This document shows positions 51,330-56,047 of a stretch of 56,047 nt of DNA, piece after piece. This DNA comes from Corallochytrium limacisporum Hawaii (Eukaryota > Protista > Pluriformea): NCBI GenBank assembly GCA_002811645.1, contig PDIP01000135.1, positions 1-56,047 of the forward strand, in the 5' to 3' direction. A program made the position numbers and the translations under genes. Numbering within the stretch: the stretch's first letter is position 1; each line of letters opens with the position of its first letter. The notes beneath the pieces were generated by a model. That model had not been told where the DNA came from. It made no database searches and saw only the letters and a list, made by a program, of their open reading frames with translations.

Positions 51330-53462
51330 TTACACTTCCACTTCGAAGTCTGTGTCAATGTCTTCTTGGAGCTTCTTCTGGGCAATTTGGAGTGGTTCGA
51401 CATCGTAGCCAGCTGACTCGAGAGTCTGGATGGCACGGGAAGTAAATCCTTGAACAATTGAGGTGCAGGTGGTAATCGCACCGTACTGTCCCTCGTCTGT
51501 CAGAGTTTTGCTCACCTTTAGAGTGACGTCCAAATACATTTCCACAAGTTCCACCACATTCTTGACCACCAACCGCTTAGGGACATACCCCATGACCTTA
51601 ATACAGTTCAGAATGTACCGATAGCATGCCTGAGAAACCACAACACCGCTTTTGGTCATTGGTTCATCTTCATCGTCGATCTGACGGGTGCGCTGCAGGA
51701 TCCAATCCTCATTGTCGAGCGCTGCACGGATTTGCATTTTGATCCGGTTGTAATCCTTTTCTATCATCTCTGTGACTTCCTGAGCTAACATGCGAGCCAA
51801 TACAAAACGAACGTCAATACCAATCTGTCTCAGGCGGTCACAGTGTGTGGAAATAATGTCAACGCATTCGGAGACGATATCTACAGACACTCCACTGAAC
51901 AGCTGCGCACTGATCATTTCAATGAATTTTTCCATTTCGTGCATTGTCCAGACCATGAAACTGGACCGGCTCTTCCTGTCGTTGAAGATTTCCATCATTT
52001 CTTCCGCTGTCTGCTTAATATTTGTAAAGAATATGCGGGCAAACTTAATGACGTAGCTGTCGATTGATCCCTCAACCTTGACTGTCCGGAACTGACGCCG
52101 CAAATTCTCCGATCGATTGTTCAGAAACAGCATGCCGGCCATATGAGACTTGTTTAGTTCAATGAGCAGCATGGTTCGTTGGTGAAGCATGTCCAGACCG
52201 ATTTGTGGTTTCTTTAAATCTTCAATGATGCGGTCGATTAAGGACTTTTCGCGATTGTTGACCACGCGATGCATTTGATCCACAGCACTATCTTGGACGT
52301 TTAGATTCTCAAGATATGCTCGGGTTTTTTGAATCAGTCGCACGGCCAGGTGGAAGTCCCGCTGTGCAATGTACGTGTCCAAGTCATCAGGCATGTCTCT
52401 CAGCCATTCCGCATTCAATTCCTCGATGTTTCCAGTCTGGATGGCGGTATTGATGGTCTCATCCATCATCATGGCATAGTCCATGGACTCATCGAGGATG
52501 CCCGAGGTATCGTCTGATCCACGACTTTCCGATTTGGTTTCAGCTGCCTGGCGTTGTTGCTTCAGGATCTGCTCAGTCATGTTAAATCCTTCCATCCACT
52601 GCGCTTTGATCATTTCATTCCTCGCCTGGACCAGCAGATTCTGGGGAAATTTCAGAATTTGAATAGCGTTTCGCGTCTGCTCGTTGTTTTTTACATTAAT
52701 CACGGCCAGTCCACCAAGCTCTAGGTACCGCTCAAGATACCATTCGGATTGTGAGGATGCAGCCGACAGATCAGTCATGCTACCCTTCTTCTTGCTTGTG
52801 TCCATAGGATCCCGTCTTCGCGAGCTGCTCGCAATAAAAAGGCAGAGATTGGACAGTAGAAGCCTGACATGGCTTTTCTTCTCGTAAGTCTCCAGATCGA
52901 ACTCCTCGAAGACGTCATCAAGGAGTAGGTAGTGTGGTGTTCCTTTGTGCCTCCGGCTGAACAGTTGCAGATCCTCCACCAAGGTCATATCCAGGTCCAT
53001 TTCTCCCAACGCGTTATCGAGCATGTCTGAATGTTTCTCTACGTTTACTCCCATAATGCCAGAGTTAAGAGTTCTACCATCCGCTCCAACGCCGGTAGAT
53101 GAAGAAAATGCCATCAATCCTTGCATAGCATTCTGGCCAGCAGTCATTAGTCCGCGCAATTCATTAACTTCCGACTCCAGGCGCCCAATCTGTTGCGACG
53201 TCTGTATGAACAACGGGTAATTTCGATAAACACTTTCCTTCAGTTCACTGATGAGATGTCGGGAGCTTTTCAATAGTGTAGTCCTCTGATTCTTCAGCTG
53301 GTCCACAGCACTTGTTTGTCCCAGCACTGACCGAATGTATTCATCCGACTTAAAGGAGTCTGTTGCAAATTGCTTTGCGCTAGTAGGGATTGTAGGTAGC
53401 GACACTTCAAATCCCTCGTGGTCATTCTGACCCAAGTCTCCGAGGCCCTGCATAAGGTCCAT
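51330..53462 (-). CDS. EXOC8: Exocyst complex component 8 (Exo84)
   Basis: LKESVYRNYPLFIQTSQQI N-terminal helix, PH-like region (LAVINVKN), EWLRDMPDDLDTYIAQRDF Exo84_C. Confidence 0.92.
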   Translation of the reverse strand: MDLMQGLGDLGQNDHEGFEVSLPTIPTSAKQFATDSFKSDEYIRSVLGQTSAVDQLKNQRTTLLKSSRHLISELKESVYRNYPLFIQTSQQIGRLESEVNELRGLMTAGQNAMQGLMAFSSSTGVGADGRTLNSGIMGVNVEKHSDMLDNALGEMDLDMTLVEDLQLFSRRHKGTPHYLLLDDVFEEFDLETYEKKSHVRLLLSNLCLFIASSSRRRDPMDTSKKKGSMTDLSAASSQSEWYLERYLELGGLAVINVKNNEQTRNAIQILKFPQNLLVQARNEMIKAQWMEGFNMTEQILKQQRQAAETKSESRGSDDTSGILDESMDYAMMMDETINTAIQTGNIEELNAEWLRDMPDDLDTYIAQRDFHLAVRLIQKTRAYLENLNVQDSAVDQMHRVVNNREKSLIDRIIEDLKKPQIGLDMLHQRTMLLIELNKSHMAGMLFLNNRSENLRRQFRTVKVEGSIDSYVIKFARIFFTNIKQTAEEMMEIFNDRKSRSSFMVWTMHEMEKFIEMISAQLFSGVSVDIVSECVDIISTHCDRLRQIGIDVRFVLARMLAQEVTEMIEKDYNRIKMQIRAALDNEDWILQRTRQIDDEDEPMTKSGVVVSQACYRYILNCIKVMGYVPKRLVVKNVVELVEMYLDVTLKVSKTLTDEGQYGAITTCTSIVQGFTSRAIQTLESAGYDVEPLQIAQKKLQEDIDTDFEVEV

Positions 53463-54278
53463 TTTGAGTGTTGGTGGTCTTGAGTGAGAGCTTTGATGAA
53501 TTGCACCTACATTATCTCCCGCTTATGACCGACCGCGTCTTAACCGCTTGAAACAAAGCAAGTGCAACCTGCGGGCGCTACGGAAAGCTCTGTTACATAG
53601 CTTTCCAGAGCAAAGAATTCATAGAAATGAATACTAACTTCAGCCAATTGGTGTGCTCTCCCAGTTGGTTACAGTTCGGGATTGCGTCGGGACGCTGCTT
53701 AGCTTTCCAATGTTGTCCCTCTTGGAGGGACTCCCCGGGGGGAGGTCACTTAGGGAAAAGGAGAGCAAGGGGCGGGGGGGAAGGCCCCCTTGCGAGTAGC
53801 ATCATAGGCGACTTGGCAAGTTAGGGAGTTCACGGGGCATCACATTGGCAATGGATATGCGCTGCCATGGGAAAAAGTACACGGAAAGTGGTCAATGGAG
53901 ATTGTGAAACATGTTCTATTGTTACTATACTTGACTATGCCCACAATCGCAGTAGTAAATGGGGGTTAAAAGGTTGCGCTTTCAACTCCGCTACGGGATG
54001 ATGTGACATTGATTTGTGATTATATATGCAGTCCTACAGAGCGCTAACAGCAAGGAAGTTGAGAAGGGAAGTGGAGAGAAGCAATTAAGGCAATGATCAG
54101 AACCTCTCTCGTGACTCGACAGCGATATCATTTACGCAATCACAGAAGGCCTCTCAATCGAATGACCTTCCCACTGTTACTAACCCCGTTGCAATTCCTC
54201 CGCGTTCTGTCTTGTTTGGGTTGTGGAAATGTGTGCACAACCGATGCCTCAAAATGTATGCGTCCCTCCCCAAGTGAG

Positions 54279-55493
54279 CTACTTACGGGCTCCACCACGG
54301 CCAGCACCGCCACGGCCGCGCTGTCCAGAGCGACTGCTTGGGGGCCCGTCACGGGGTTTGCGGGCTTCAACCTTAACAAATCCAGAGGCGCACTGCACAC
54401 CGCCAGCGCCGATGGCAGCCTCCAGACCGGAAGCCTCTTCAAAGAAAACGAAACCATGACCACGCTCCCGGACATCGAGCTTACCGACTTTTCCGAATTG
54501 CAGCAGTTTCTGGTTCAGTTCCGTGGGGTCGGTACCGTTGGGGATCTGCGGCAGGTATGCACTGAGCTCGCTGGGGTATTTCACGTCAGTGTTGCCAATT
54601 ACAGTGGCAGGAGTGGCACCGGCATCCTTCTTCACAGCAGCGTCCTTCTTGTCCTCGTCCGCGGCAGCGGGGGCAGTGGAGGTGGCAGGGGCAGGCTTGG
54701 GCTTGGCCGGGGCGGATGTGGGTGCGGACGCAGGAGCGGCTGGCTTACCGCTACTTACAAGGTTGGCCCAGGAACGAGGACCCGCAGGCTGCTTTGGGGC
54801 TTCGGGCTCGGAGGCCTTGGCGGGAGCAGCGGGAGCAGCAGGAGCGGCTTTGGGAGCGGCAACCTTGGGCTTCTCTTCGACCTTGGCAATCTCAGCGGCC
54901 AGAGCCTCGGCCTTGGGGGCTTCAGCCTCTGTGGACATAGCGACCTTGGCCTCGGCCTTTTCAACCTTGACGGGGGCTGCGGGAGCAATTTTGGGGGCAT
55001 CCTTGCGGGGCCAGAAACGCAGGATGTCATTGACACATGCGTAACGGGCACCCTTGTCGCCGGTCATCGGCTCCAGCACGAAAGTCTGAGCAAAATCACC
55101 CGCAAGCTTATCAGCAGTCCACATCCAACCGGTCACCAGTACAACAATGTTTGAGCCAGTGTGCTGGGTGTCGATGCTGATGATTTTGACCTTAGCCTTC
55201 TCAAGCTTGAGATCAGAGATCAGCTGAGAGACCTCAGTCTCACCGTTGGCCTTCAGGACCTGACCAAAGACGAATCCACGGCTCACCTGAGCCGAAGCAT
55301 TGTAGAAGCGGGGTAAGTCAGCCGGGCTGCTGTGCAGACGCATGTAGTACTGCTGCACAAAGGCGTATGCGACCTCATCGGATGTACTCATGGCGCTAAT
55401 TCCGTTCTCCAAGACGATTTCACCGTTGGCCTTTGCTCTGGTCTTCTGAGACGCACTGTTCACAGCGTCACTCACGGGAGCTACCGAAGGCAT
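54279..55493 (-). CDS. NTF2-RRM-RGG protein, G3BP/Nxt3/Bre5 family
   Basis: AFVQQYY...FAQTFVL...NDILRF NTF2 domain; SWANL motif; RRM (HGFVFF); C-terminal RGG repeats. Confidence 0.92.
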   Translation of the reverse strand: MPSVAPVSDAVNSASQKTRAKANGEIVLENGISAMSTSDEVAYAFVQQYYMRLHSSPADLPRFYNASAQVSRGFVFGQVLKANGETEVSQLISDLKLEKAKVKIISIDTQHTGSNIVVLVTGWMWTADKLAGDFAQTFVLEPMTGDKGARYACVNDILRFWPRKDAPKIAPAAPVKVEKAEAKVAMSTEAEAPKAEALAAEIAKVEEKPKVAAPKAAPAAPAAPAKASEPEAPKQPAGPRSWANLVSSGKPAAPASAPTSAPAKPKPAPATSTAPAAADEDKKDAAVKKDAGATPATVIGNTDVKYPSELSAYLPQIPNGTDPTELNQKLLQFGKVGKLDVRERGHGFVFFEEASGLEAAIGAGGVQCASGFVKVEARKPRDGPPSSRSGQRGRGGAGRGGARK

Positions 55494-55503
55494 GAATGCG
55501 TTC

Positions 55504-55677
55504 CTGAAACGAAAGAGAGTAAGATGTAATGGAGCCCGGTCCTTATATTACACCCTTACAAAAAGGTATTGTGACAGGGCAAATAGACACTACCACTACG
55601 CACAATGCCTGATCGTGGACAATGAGAGGAGTTGTCAGATTCAGCCGTGGATATAGAACCTTCCCTGTATCGCGTAC
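55504..55677 (-). other. Predicted 5'-UTR intron of the G3BP-like gene
   Basis: AAG|GTACGC donor (alternative GTAAGG at 55559); strong acceptor CATCTTACTCTCTTTCGTTTCAG|G 10 nt before the ATG. Confidence 0.55.
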
Positions 55678-56047
55678 CTTTCCTGAAATGTGATTCATTG
55701 CGCACGTTTTATTCATCAATAATGTTGTGTCCACCGAAGACTGCTTCGGTTGCAATTTGGTCCACACGACTGAAACCGACCGAACGTGCTTCACATGTCA
55801 CCAGAAATGTATCTTGTATCATTGGTGTAAAAACTTTTGGTTGCAGAGATTGAACAGTAGCAAAAGGGAAAACAGAGCCGGCAGAGCAAGCAGGAGCCTC
55901 AGGTACATAGAGCCACCCACACGCAGAAGCCTACGGTTGCTCCGTTGTTGGCTGGCATCCCCTACTGCTGCGGTGTAGGCTGGTACCGGAAGGGTGCCAT
56001 CAGAAAGAGATATGGTTGCGAGAGTCTTGGGGGGGGGGGGTGGGGGG

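Noticed and set aside
1-56047. Prokaryotic or viral origin, or concatenated cDNAs, as the reason for intronless ORFs; CRISPR arrays or transposons
   Set aside because: The genes are core eukaryotic, have Kozak-like starts (purine at -3 in nearly all) and genomic intergenic DNA with unspliced leader signals, and lack poly(A) tails. No repeat-spacer array, transposase or reverse transcriptase was seen.

Overview
Compact eukaryotic genomic DNA (with two N gaps) carrying 24 likely protein-coding genes. Every one reads as a single uninterrupted ORF, up to 1347 aa. Recognisable genes: a PMF1/Nnf1-like kinetochore protein, KHDC4-like KH protein, LYAR, CAP/Srv2, GCLC, an arginine deiminase-amidinotransferase (CtlX-like) fusion, DDX54, PRP6, SDF2-like, RPL18, CERT, CDC23, mitochondrial SerRS, an INTS4-like HEAT protein, CCDC43-like, KIF21-type kinesin-WD40, NT5DC-type nucleotidase, CNOT3, an SDR, EXOC8 and G3BP-like. 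Animal-type architectures (CERT, KIF21) combined with intron-free CDSs suggest a unicellular holozoan such as a Corallochytrium-like organism; this is inference. Main observations: (1) although the CDSs lack introns, many 5' leaders carry a stereotyped GT-AG intron signature just upstream of the ATG (recurrent AG|GTATTT and AG|GTACAAG donors, pyrimidine-rich YAG acceptors), suggesting splicing confined to 5' UTRs; (2) a two-module arginine-catabolic fusion whose deiminase module has HLD changed to HLG; (3) near-strict strand alternation with very short convergent gaps; (4) poly-C/poly-G tracts restricted to promoter-side intergenic regions, partly confounded by low-quality assembly. No tRNA, rRNA, CRISPR or transposon was recognised.
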